Below are positions 1 to 9,983 of a stretch of 64,000 bases of DNA, piece by piece. The stretch covers positions 2,697,668 to 2,761,667 of the forward strand of contig NW_003314270.1 in NCBI RefSeq assembly GCF_000143415.4. The letters run 5' to 3'. Origin of the DNA: Selaginella moellendorffii (lineage: Eukaryota; Plantae; Lycopodiophyta). Made by a program: the position numbers and the translations under genes. The notes under the pieces were generated by a model, which worked only from the letters and a program-made list of their open reading frames with translations, did no database searches and was not told the DNA's origin. Numbering within the stretch: position 1 is the first letter of the stretch; every line of letters begins with the position of its first letter.

Positions 1-276
1 GGGCTCGGACTCATTCTATATGAGCTCCTTAGCGGAAGGGTGGCGTTCCCTGAATACCACTCTGATTATGTGGAGTTATTGCTGAAAAGCGTGGACAATG
101 TGGAGTTCGCATTGGATTGGAGTGATGTGTCGAGCGAGGCAAAGGATTTGATCATGGGGATGTTGGAGGTTTATCCGAGCCGGAGGCTGACGGTGGAGCA
201 AGTGCTTGGTCACCCCTGGATCGTGAACAACACCAGCGAGCTGTTTACCAGGAACTTGATTTGCAAGATTATGTAA
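1..276 (+). CDS. Ser/Thr protein kinase (CAMK/PPCK-like), C-terminal part, cassette copy A (truncated by window edge)
   Basis: Near-identical to 6809-7084; encodes the GLGLILYELLSG...RRLTVEQVLGHPW kinase C-lobe. Confidence 0.85.
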   Translation, partial: GLGLILYELLSGRVAFPEYHSDYVELLLKSVDNVEFALDWSDVSSEAKDLIMGMLEVYPSRRLTVEQVLGHPWIVNNTSELFTRNLICKIM

Positions 277-613
277 GAACAAGACACAAAGAAACTGTTT
301 GTAGGTTATCGGATCCCCATGTAAAATCAAGTGACACTTGCCATTTTGCAGAGATTTGTTTCCGGTTGCTATTCATGTAGCAAAATGCCAGAATCAGTTT
401 GACTTGTAAGAACAAAACAATACATATGATTATTTGTGGCAAGTCGTGGCAAGTCGCTTATCGTGCGGCAAATACCGATTCAAGGCATTCCACGGAATCT
501 AAAGAATATATAGTGTGTTTTGCTGGTCGATCAAGGCCATGTGATCCATCTTAGCACTCCCATCATCCCGCTCAACAAAATCGGCAGCTTGCAGGGGAAG
601 GACTTTGAGTTTA

Positions 614-1150
614 ATGGAAGAAGCGGGAAAGATTGCAGAAGCTAATGCTGCCCCCAACAAAGAAGCATTGAAGTTTGCCAAATTGCTGATTACGCCTTTC
701 ACTTTTGTGGCTTCTACATGCCTCCAGTCAGGAATCTCCCTCATCAAAGAGAATGCCACACCAGTGGAAAAGGGGCGTTGCTTCCACTTCCTTCTCGCTT
801 CAGCCATCTCAGCATTTGGATTGGCATGGTGTCTAATAGCATTTCTTGATAACGATCAGGGAAAAGCTCTAGAGGCCAAAAGGCTCATGCTCTCTATGTG
901 GATGATCTTCTTTGCGAGCTTGTCCGTGATGATGACACCACTCTTTTTCAGCCTCCTCTATGTTGTCTACGACTTTAGTGACGCGAAGGCATCGTGGTCG
1001 ACCATGGGTGCGTGTGTTCTCGTCGGCATTCTAATCCTCGTTGGTTCCTACGTGAAAAGGCTGATGAGAATTCCTCTGAGGGGCACTTATATCACGTTCG
1101 TGATCATCATCGCTGCTAATTCGTATGGTTACACCCTATACAAGAAGTGA
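614..1150 (+). CDS. Small multipass (4-5 TM) membrane protein, PGG-domain-like, type A
   Basis: Intronless 178-aa ORF from ATG 614 with several hydrophobic helices; paralogs at 4031, 7411, 21457, 24331. Confidence 0.65.
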   Translation: MEEAGKIAEANAAPNKEALKFAKLLITPFTFVASTCLQSGISLIKENATPVEKGRCFHFLLASAISAFGLAWCLIAFLDNDQGKALEAKRLMLSMWMIFFASLSVMMTPLFFSLLYVVYDFSDAKASWSTMGACVLVGILILVGSYVKRLMRIPLRGTYITFVIIIAANSYGYTLYKK

Positions 1151-1248
1151 AGAAAGAACACAAGAATTTCATTTCGTGTGGTAAATCGCCTACAAAAGAA
1201 AATCCAAAAGCCTTTGTTTGTTGTTACTTGTGAGAGCTAGCAAGCAGA

Positions 1249-2808
1249 CTAGCCCTTCGTTGTCTCTCCCTGCGCTGGAGGAGGCTTCTTATTCTTCTTG
1301 CTCTTCGATTTCTTGTCCTTGGCTCGCCGCTTCTTCTCGTTCACGTCCACCCAGGTGTAGTCACTGGGGATGAGAAACGGATCCACCAAGTCGGGCCCGT
1401 GATCGTCCGACACCGCCGACGAGCTTGCCTGGCTGTGAGGTCGCATCCACGAAAACCATGAACTCGCCGATGATGCCTGTGCTTGCGGAGCATCGCCCTC
1501 CTTGGCTTTTGCGTCTTGGAAGTGGCGAGGACTCGAGAGTGGCGTGGAAAACTCCTCCGACGGCGCGCGGATCTCGTCAAAGCGAGTGAAAGTCACGACG
1601 ACTCTGATGGTAGGCACTACTGGTATGGCCAGCTGAGACGAAGGAAAAAAGAAAAAAAGTTTGGTCACCGAAGAACTGGAGAAACGAGAACAGAAAATAA
1701 ACTTACCTTGACTGGAAACGTTCCAGTCGGTAGCTTGGTTGTCAAGAGCTCACGTAGCCTCCGGATCGCTTTCACTTTGTTGGACAGAATGTCCAGCAGC
1801 GGCACAAACTCCTCAGTGCTCAGAGGAAAATCCGGCGTGAGCCACAGCACCGGCCTCAATCCCTTCTGGTACTCGTTTTCAGCGCCAGCCTTTCCAGGCT
1901 TGTGAATCGACTCCCTGCTTACGCTCTTCCTGGCAGGCTTGTCCATGTATCCCTTCTTGAGCTCGAATGTGTCCTCCGCTCTATAATTCGATGGTCGCCT
2001 GTCGAAAGACTTTCTGCTGTTATTCCTGCCACCCCGCTCTACTTCTACGCTGAGAGACTTCCTTGCCGGCTCCACCTTCTTTGCGTTTTCATGCTTGACG
2101 CTCTTCTTCCCCCAGCTAAACCAGCTTTTCCTGTCCTCCCTGTGGATATCCGAGCCAGACGAAGCACCCCCTACGCTCATATCATCGTCGAGCAATCCGT
2201 CCAATATAATATCATCCCCCCCGTTCTCCAAGCGCCTGCGAAGCTTGCTGTTGTCCTTGCCACCCTTGTCAAATCCCTTCTCGATAAACTCGCCATTCTC
2301 GGCCTTGAGCGCCGAGTCCAGTTGCTGCTTCTCCTCCTCGGTTAGAAGATCGGTGTAGTCTTCGTCGTCCTCTCCCTCGGCCTCTTCTGAAGCGAACAGC
2401 TCCTCGTCTGTCATGGCTCCTGGAACCCTTCGCGACCGGACACTGACAGTCACATGATGCATGTCGTATATCTTCGCCTTCCACGAGCCCACCATCTCGG
2501 TTTTCTCTTGCCTCCTCCACGTCAAATGCGGCTGGAGCTCGGCCTGTGTGACATCGATCCCCGGCCTGTAGATGTTGGTTTGTGACAAAACCGCCACCTC
2601 TTGCGCGATCTCGGACTCCGTGGGCTGGACTCCGGCACCGTCCAAAGCGTTCATAATCTCCTTCTCTTTGTGACTGAGAACACAGAGGGTCCCGGAAGGG
2701 AGCTTGCCGTCGTCGCTTCCATCGCCCAAAAAGAGAACGCTCTGGTCCAACCTCTGGATCCTGAAACCATCGAAGCCCGCGAGTGTCATGTCCGCCCTGA
2801 GATTGGCA
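1249..2808 (-). pseudogene. 5'-truncated duplicate of the ANKRD13-like gene (lacks the ankyrin N-terminus)
   Basis: Reverse complement of 19800-21359; homology stops abruptly at 2808. Confidence 0.85.
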
Positions 2809-2896
2809 AGAATGGGGCTGCAAATGTCTGCATTGATCCGGGTCTACCAGTGTTGTCTTTGGGAAGAACGTAGAACTCGTTTTGGTTGATCCCCGT
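2809..2896 (-). other. 88-bp filler fragment of dirigent-like exon 2 at a rearrangement junction
   Basis: Matches about 23599-23686 (GINQNEFYVLPKDN..GSMQTFAAPF). Confidence 0.85.
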
Positions 2897-2972
2897 TTTG
2901 CCATTCCTTCTATTTCTACTTTCGTTGCTTGGTAGAATAGTTCTTAGCTCTTCAAGTGGAAGCGTATAGGCA

Positions 2973-3729
2973 CCTGGACCATTGGAATAACTGCGAGACG
3001 AGCATCCACGCTTCCAGAAGTTTTCTGGCAATCCTTCCAGAGCAAATTGTGCGCTGGAACATCTCCATAACTATGGTAAGGAAACGATAAATGAAGAGAA
3101 AACTACAAGTTTCTAAATACCTGGAACCAAGCTCCTTCAATCGCTGCTCGCACCAGCAAAAATGCCGGCTCTCGTCGTCCGCAACGTGAGCAAAATCCAC
3201 GAAAAACTGCGAATCGAGCTCGCCACCCGACGCCGAGAAGCGCACCACAGTGTCCCATGCAAGATCCACGGCGTTGAGCTCGATGTGTGCCAAGTTATGG
3301 ATCATATGAACTCTGGGAGATAGCCCCAGAACTTTGGCTGTTGGAACTCTCCTTGGATGCACCTATAGGCACAGCAAGAACAAACGAATGTCTAGAACTT
3401 CGAGAAAAAAAAAGAAGAATCTTACCAGCTGAGGCTGCTCTGGCCTTGCGGGAGAATCCATGGCGGCCGCTACACCAATCGGAAGAACCACTGCACCAAA
3501 GCTTGTAAGCGTGGTGCGTCAAGAGGGCTTTGGAGAGTGGACGAGGGGTGGCGAGGATCAAGGCGCCCCATTCCGCGAGGCTGCGAGGGGGAGGAGAGAA
3601 AGAACCAGCGTGATCTAAGGGAGTCGCCACCATCTCAGGGCCGGCATCCCCCCAGCGGCGCCGCTCATTGGGTGGCGCCGCCGGGGACCTCCACGACCGG
3701 AGCCCCGCCCACTTGTGGTGTTGCTGCAT
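2973..3729 (-). pseudogene. Truncated, frameshifted copy of the DUF455 ferritin-like gene (exons 1-3 only)
   Basis: Inverted copy of 25154-25900; 2-bp deletion near 3487; downstream exons missing. Confidence 0.8.
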
Positions 3730-4030
3730 TGCCCACGAGCAGCTACTAAAACCTTTAAACCCCCTCATCAAAATCTCCCAAGATTCATGCCACTATTTTT
3801 CTATGTATCTAAGAAATGGATGAGCATTAGCGACATCATCGTCCTCCATTTTCTTATCCATGCGGTCAATGAAGACATTGGCAGCCCCCTCTTAAGCTCT
3901 TTTCGCCATTGTCGGAGGCACCATAAGGTTTGAAGGAGCCACAGCACTGCGAGAGAAACGAGCAAACAAACAAAAACAATCTCTGTAACAAAGGAAATTG
4001 TAAATCTATCACGTTATAAAATTAAGTCTT

Positions 4031-4571
4031 TTATTTATATAAAGTGTACCCATATGTATTAGCAGCAAAGATGATACGTAAAATGACAGGAGTGCCTCTC
4101 AGAGGAATCCTCATCCTTTGGAATAGCTTTTTCACGTAGGAACCAGTAAAGACTACAACGACCAAAACTAAATACGCACCCATTATTGACCACGATGCCT
4201 TCGTTTCGCTGATGTCGTAGACAACATACAGGAGGCTGAAGAGGAGCGGCAACATCATCATAGACAAGCTTGCAAAGAAGATCACCTAAAGAAAGGACAT
4301 GAGATTGTCGAGCTCCTGAGCTTCTTTCCTTGTTATCAACAATTGCTATCATACACCCTGCCAATCCAAATACAGAGATGGTTGGAGCCATAAAGAGGTG
4401 GAAGCAACGCCCCTTCTCTGTGGGCGTTGCATTCTCTCTGATAAGGGAGATTCCCGACTGGAGTCATGTGGAAGCCACAAAAGTGAAAGGTGTAATCACC
4501 AATTTGGCCAGCTTCAATGATTCTTTCCCGTTAGCCTCATTAGAATTAGCAATCGTTGCCCCTTCTGCCAT
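4031..4571 (-). pseudogene. Multipass membrane protein type B pseudogene
   Basis: ATG 4571; TGA at codon 36 (4464-4466); 2-bp frameshift near 4322; TAG at 4286-4288; compared with the 24331 and 7411 paralogs. Confidence 0.85.
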
Positions 4572-4808
4572 GAACTTAAACGTGAAAAAATTGAAGCAGA
4601 ACCCTGGTTCTTGGATGTTTGTAGGAGACTAAAGTACGATCCAGATGCGAGGTTTGAAGGTAGATAACTAGTATAGGATTTCATTCCTTTTTTTTTTTCC
4701 TTGTTATCATTCCAATTTTATTTGGTGTCTCCGAAGAGACTTTTTCCTAGTTATGTCTTTTTGAGATTATATGGGAATTCAAATTTTTGTAGTCCACACA
4801 TTTTGATA

Positions 4809-5299
4809 TGTAGGATCCTATCCCTTACACCCTAAGCCAACTGGCTAAAAGAGTGATCACTTGATTGTAGGGCTCTTTCTTTATCCTATTATCCTGATTT
4901 AGTGCCTAACAATCCTCCCTGTCGTCAGGGAATGAATCCTAACAATGGTATTGGAGCCCAGTTTGATTCTCGTGGCTGACGAGTGGGACAGGAACATTCC
5001 TTCACGTGGGACAAGAATATTTTAAAGGAATATTCAACATGGTGGATCTAGAGGGAGAACCAAGGTCACTATGGTCTTTCTCTTAGGGTCTACCAAACCT
5101 TGATTCTCCCTCTAGATCCACCATGTTAAATATTCCTTCAAAATATTCTTGCCCCACTTGTCAGCCATGAGAATCAAACTGGGTTCCGATACCATTGTTA
5201 AGATCCTATCCCTTACACCTTAAGCCAACTGACTAAAGGGGTGATCACTTGATTGCAGGGCCCTTTGCTTATCCTATTATCCTGACCTGGTGCTTAACA
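4809..5299 (-). mobile_element. TRIM-like non-autonomous LTR retroelement with internal inverted repeat
   Basis: Two ~103-bp TG...CA direct repeats (4809-4911, 5196-5299); on the minus strand a PBS-like TGGTATCGGAACC follows the 5' LTR and a PPT AGGGAGGAT precedes the 3' LTR; absent from paralogous sites at ~8410 and ~24210. Confidence 0.8.
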
Positions 5300-5542
5300 T
5301 ATGAAATACACAATTCTATACTTGAGAGATCGAACAAATTATCCTTGACTGTTGTGTTGAGAAACCAACAGCGACATGCATGAGCTCTTCTTGCCAAGTT
5401 TTGTTTCACAATCTCGTCCTTCTTCAGCCTCAGCCCAGTGTTAATGGATCGACACTCACGTATTTCACGTGTACTCTGGTATCTTTCTATTTATCTAAGA
5501 TATGGAGAGCTCTAGGCTAGAGCATTCTACATAATAGGCCAA

Positions 5543-6108
5543 ATGGCCTCCTCTGGAATTGGGATCTTCTTAATCATCCTGGCATTAGCGACATCAGCAT
5601 CGTCCATCAAGGTATAGACTCCATTTTCTTATCCATGCTTTGCATTGCTAGTCAAGATCTTAAGAATTTCTACCATCTGGATCTTGTGAAACAGTGCAAG
5701 ACCTACACCTTCCAAGGCCAGTCCCTGTTTACGGACACGGGGATCAACCAAAACGAGTTCTACGTTCTTCCCAAAGACAACGCTGGTAGACCCGGATCAA
5801 TGCAGAGATTCGCAGCCCCATTCTTGGTCTCCACCAAGGGCTATACCAGGTTATGCATGGGGACATACATGGGAATCCTCGCAAACACCGGCCTGGGGAG
5901 CTTCCAGTCCTCGCATTGCTCCTTTGCTGATGGTAGCAGCCTCGAGTTTCAAGACGAGGCCGGGAGCTCGACCGCTGGATCTCAAGCTCTTTTCGCCATC
6001 GTTGGTGGCACCGGAAGATTTGAAGGAGCCATGGGCACAGCGAAAGAAACGAGCAAAGGAAACAATCTCTATGTCGTGGAATTCACCGCAAAGGTCTGCA
6101 AGTCTTGA
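5543..6108 (+). CDS. Secreted dirigent/allene-oxide-cyclase-barrel-like protein (2 exons: 5543-5611, 5695-6108)
   Basis: Signal-peptide exon MASSGIGIFLIILALATSASSIK; GT-AG intron; FAIVGGTGRFEGAMG dirigent-type motif. Confidence 0.75.
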
Positions 6109-6187
6109 TCATAACTCAATCTGGTTTGATCAAGACTTAAAGGCAGTTCCCTTTAGGTCACGCTAACAATCGTTGTTTAATCTCGCC

Positions 6188-7084
6188 ATGACTGTGTGGA
6201 GAGCGGTCGAGACTGGTGAGTTGGTTGTGAGCGAGGAGCTGTCGTCGTTGAGGAAGATGTACGATGTGGGTTTTGAGCTTGGAAAGGGAGGGCAAGGCAC
6301 TGTACACCTTGTAAGCTTTAGAATGGGTGGTAAGTTGCTAGCGGCTAAGAGCTTCGAGAGGTCGGGTGAGAGAGAGAAGGAAATCATGCTCAAACTCAAT
6401 GGCTGCCATGGTACACTAGAGATCTACGACATGGTCGAGGAGGAGCGCAAGGGCCGCTGGTGGGGATCCCTAATCTTGGAGCTCTGCTCGTGCACGCTCC
6501 GGGACAGGCTAAAGATGGTGGGGAGGCTGGCGGATGACGAGGCGGCGTTTGTGACCAAGAGCCTGGCCGAGACGCTGAGGGAGATGCACAACCTTGGGGT
6601 GGTGCACAGGGATATGAAGCTGGAAAACGTTTTGCTGACGCATCCAGCGCAACCTTACGAGGTGAAGCTGTCTGACTTTGGGGTTGCGACTGACCGGGCC
6701 GACGAGATGCACCACCTTTGTGGCACCCCTGGGTATATGTCGCCAGATGTTCTCAGGGCTGGTGAGGGCGGATGGCCGAAATACTACACTCAAGCGGTGG
6801 ACGTTTGGGGGCTCGGACTCATTCTATATGAGCTCCTTAGCGGAAGGGTGGCGTTCCCTGAATACCACTCTGATTATGTGGAGTTATTGCTGAAAAGCGT
6901 GGACAATGTGGAGTTTGCATTGGATTGGAGTGATGTGTCGAGCGAGGCAAAGGATTTGATCATGGGGATGTTGGAGGTTTATCCGAGCCGGAGGCTGACG
7001 GTGGAGCAAGTGCTTGGTCACCCCTGGATCGTGAACAACACCAGCGAGCTGTTTACCAGGAACTTGATTTGCAAGATTATGTAA
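6188..7084 (+). CDS. Intronless minimal Ser/Thr kinase (CAMK/PPCK-like, 298 aa), cassette copy B
   Basis: GKGGQG, AAK, HRDMKLEN, DFG and GTPGYMSPD motifs; no regulatory domain. Confidence 0.9.
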   Translation: MTVWRAVETGELVVSEELSSLRKMYDVGFELGKGGQGTVHLVSFRMGGKLLAAKSFERSGEREKEIMLKLNGCHGTLEIYDMVEEERKGRWWGSLILELCSCTLRDRLKMVGRLADDEAAFVTKSLAETLREMHNLGVVHRDMKLENVLLTHPAQPYEVKLSDFGVATDRADEMHHLCGTPGYMSPDVLRAGEGGWPKYYTQAVDVWGLGLILYELLSGRVAFPEYHSDYVELLLKSVDNVEFALDWSDVSSEAKDLIMGMLEVYPSRRLTVEQVLGHPWIVNNTSELFTRNLICKIM

Positions 7085-7410
7085 GAACAAGACACAAAGA
7101 AACTGTTTGTAGGTTATCGGATCCCCATGTAAAATCAAGTGACACTTGCCATTTTGCAGAGATTTGTTTCACGTTGCTATTCATGTAGCAAAATGCCAGA
7201 TTCAGTTTGACAAAACAAAGAAACGTATACATATGATTATTTGTGGCAAGTCGCTTATCGTGCGGCAAATACCGATTCAAGGCATTCCACGGAATCTAAA
7301 GAATATATAGTGTGTTTTGCTGGTCGATCAAGGCCATGTGATCCATCTTAGCACTCCCATCATCCCGCTCAACAAAATCAGCAGCTTGCAGGGAAAGGAC
7401 TTTGAGTTTA

Positions 7411-8004
7411 ATGGAAGAAGTGGAAAAGATTGCAGAAGCTAATGCTGTCCCCAACACAGAAGCATTGAAGTTTGCCAAATTGCTGATTACGCCTTTCACT
7501 TTTGTGGCTTCTACATGCCTCCAGTCAGGAATCTCCCTCATCAAAGAGAATGCAACGCACGTGGAGAAGGGGCGTTGCTTCCACCTCTTTATGGCTGCAA
7601 CCATCTCGGTATTTGGATTAGCAGGGTGTATGATAGCAATTGTTGATAACAAGGAAAGAAAAGCTCAGGAGCTCGACAATCTCATGTCCTCTCTTTGGGT
7701 GATCTTCTTTTCAAGCTTGTCTACGATGATGTTGCCGCTCCTCTTCAGCCTCCTGTATGTGGTCTACGATTTCATCGGAACCAAGGCATCGTGGTCAATA
7801 TTGAGTGCATATTTAGCTTTGGTCGTTGTAGTCTTCACTGGTTCCTACGTGAAAAAGCTGTTCCAAAGGATGAGGATTCCTCTGAAAGGCACTCCTGTCA
7901 TTTTACTTATCATTTACAATTTCGTTGTTACAGAGATTGGTTTTGTTTTTTTGCTCGTTTCTCTCGCAGTGCTGTGGCTCCTTCAAACCTTATGGTGCCT
8001 CTGA
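7411..8004 (+). CDS. Chimeric multipass membrane protein (type A N-terminus, type B core, novel C-terminus)
   Basis: 5' part matches the 614 copy; from ~7555 matches the 4571/24331 copies; a deletion at ~7913 removes the normal stop. Confidence 0.6.
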   Translation: MEEVEKIAEANAVPNTEALKFAKLLITPFTFVASTCLQSGISLIKENATHVEKGRCFHLFMAATISVFGLAGCMIAIVDNKERKAQELDNLMSSLWVIFFSSLSTMMLPLLFSLLYVVYDFIGTKASWSILSAYLALVVVVFTGSYVKKLFQRMRIPLKGTPVILLIIYNFVVTEIGFVFLLVSLAVLWLLQTLWCL

Positions 8005-8770
8005 CAATGGTGAAAAGAGCTTAAGAGGGGGTTGCCAATGTCTTCATTGATCGCATAGATAAGAAAATGGAGGATGATGATGTCGCTAATGCTCATCCAT
8101 TTCTTAGATACATGGAAAAATAGTGGCATGAATCTTGGAAGATTTTGATGAGGGGTTTTAAAGGTTTTAGTAGCTGCTCGTGGGCCAGCTTCGATGATTC
8201 TTTCCCGTTAGCCTCATTAGAATTAGCAATTGTTGCCCCTTCTGCCATGAACTTAAACGTGAAAAAAGTGAAGCAGAACCTGGTTCTTGGATTTTGTAGG
8301 AGACTAAAGTGTGATCCAGCTGCGAGGTTTAAAGGTAGATAACTAGTATAGGATCTCATTCCTTGTTTTTCCTTGTTATAGATTATATGGGAATTCAAAT
8401 TTTTGTAGTCTATGCCCTGTATGGTGCAGCTGGGACTAATATGAAATGCACAGTTCTATACTTGAGAGATTGAACAAATTATCCTTGACTGTTGTGTCGA
8501 GAAACCAACGACGACATGCACGAGCTCTTCCTGCCAAGTTTTGTTTCACAATCTCGTCCTTCTTCAGCCTCGGACCAGTGTTAATGGATCGACGCTCACG
8601 TATTTCACGTGTTGTTATACCAAATGTAAACTCTTGATTTAAACCTCAAAATCTCAAAAATCTCAAATTAAAGTTAAGTTATGCTTTAACAATGCACATT
8701 CTTATTCCCCCGTATCTAGCCAGGGAAAATATCTAAAGAGTATTTCTAATATTCCAAAAGTAACTACCAA

Positions 8771-9734
8771 TCACACTTTGCCAATCCAAATGTAATACGG
8801 CACCTTCAGAATAGGAACGTATGGGATTTTGCCAAAGCTGTTATCCTCGTAGACTGAAGAAAGATTGTCAGGTAGCATATCCATTGAAAAGAAAAGCCTT
8901 TACCAGTTGCAAGTCGATGCTCGAGATATTGTCGTTGTTCAGGTCCCAAGTCAATACAATCCAAATCAAACACGGCCCTCCAAAACCAACGACGGAGCCA
9001 AGAGTGCTGCCGCTCGGGCTTGTCAAACTTTGCAGACGTCGTGAAATCGGCCACTCCCACGATTCCATCCACGTCGAGATAGGACAGAGCCCGGTCTATC
9101 ACCTTGATAAACTGCGGTATCACTGTCATGAACGACGACGAAGGAAAACTTGAGTGTCACGGCGAGCTCGGAAACAAAACAAATGTGAAAGAGTCTGCTC
9201 TCGCTTACTTGACAGGGAGTACGAGAATGTAACGAGAGTTGCGGGAGCCGGAGGCCGAAACTCGCAAGCGTCCTCTTCAATCACCTCGACGTTGGTCCAT
9301 CCGAATCCCTCCACCTTTGCGGCAGCCACATCGCACAAGGCGGAGCAAAGATCAACCACGTAAATATTCTGGAAAGCCGAGAGGTCCAGGCACCTGGATA
9401 GCATTCTCACGTTCTCGGCGGTGCCCCCTCCCAAATCGACCCACACCATCCCGGATCGTCCCTGGAGCCGTGACGCACACTCAACCAGCATTTGTTCTCT
9501 CCCGTGGAGAAAGCCGGCACGAAAAGCGTCGTCTGCAGTTAACCATCATCTCAGTCCTTCCTCTCTCTCAAGAGAAAAGAAGCAGACAAACGAAAGAGGA
9601 TACTTACATGCCTGTGCCTGCGAGCTGTAGAATGCCTGGAGCCGCTCCTTGTGAGTGTCACCAGTGATCCTCCCAAACCACATCGCCGCCAGGCACTGCA
9701 TGTCTTGTTTCACGCTGTGGACCATCTGCGCCAT
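8771..9734 (-). CDS. SAM methyltransferase resembling the N-terminal BtaB domain of betaine lipid (DGTS) synthase BTA1, stand-alone
   Basis: Spliced: HKERLQAFYSSQAQAYD..FLHGRE, WVDLGGGTAEN, VTFSYSLS, GVADF, VPYYIWIG then TGA at 8771-8773. Confidence 0.75.
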
Positions 9735-9983
9735 AGCTGAGCTACAATCACCCAAAACAGGACAAGCTTTAAGGGAGAGAGGAAGAGAAAAATATCATCC
9801 AGAGTAAAAACAAACCTATCTTGACGTTTTGTTCTTCGATGGCTACGCCGGCGAAATAGCTCCTGCGATGATTGAGTAAGTTGCTGGAAGAACAGTAGAA
9901 CAGCAGCTCCAAGAATATATCTCCTCCCACCTTGAGTTTTCGAGTTCCTCTCCTCCACTCGAGCAGCTCCAAAGTCAAAAGCC

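Larger units (their letters stand above)
1..2808. repeat. Large inverted segmental duplication, partner 19800-22615
   Basis: Kinase 3' end, TM gene and ANKRD13 3' part match the reverse complement of 19800-22615. Confidence 0.9.

Noticed and set aside
4935-5204. miRNA precursor
   Set aside because: The hairpin consists of retroelement PBS/internal sequence; no small-RNA evidence available
1-8610. Helitron or Pack-MULE as the carrier of the cassette
   Set aside because: No convincing TIRs, TSDs, 3' hairpin-CTRR end or transposase seen; template switching fits better
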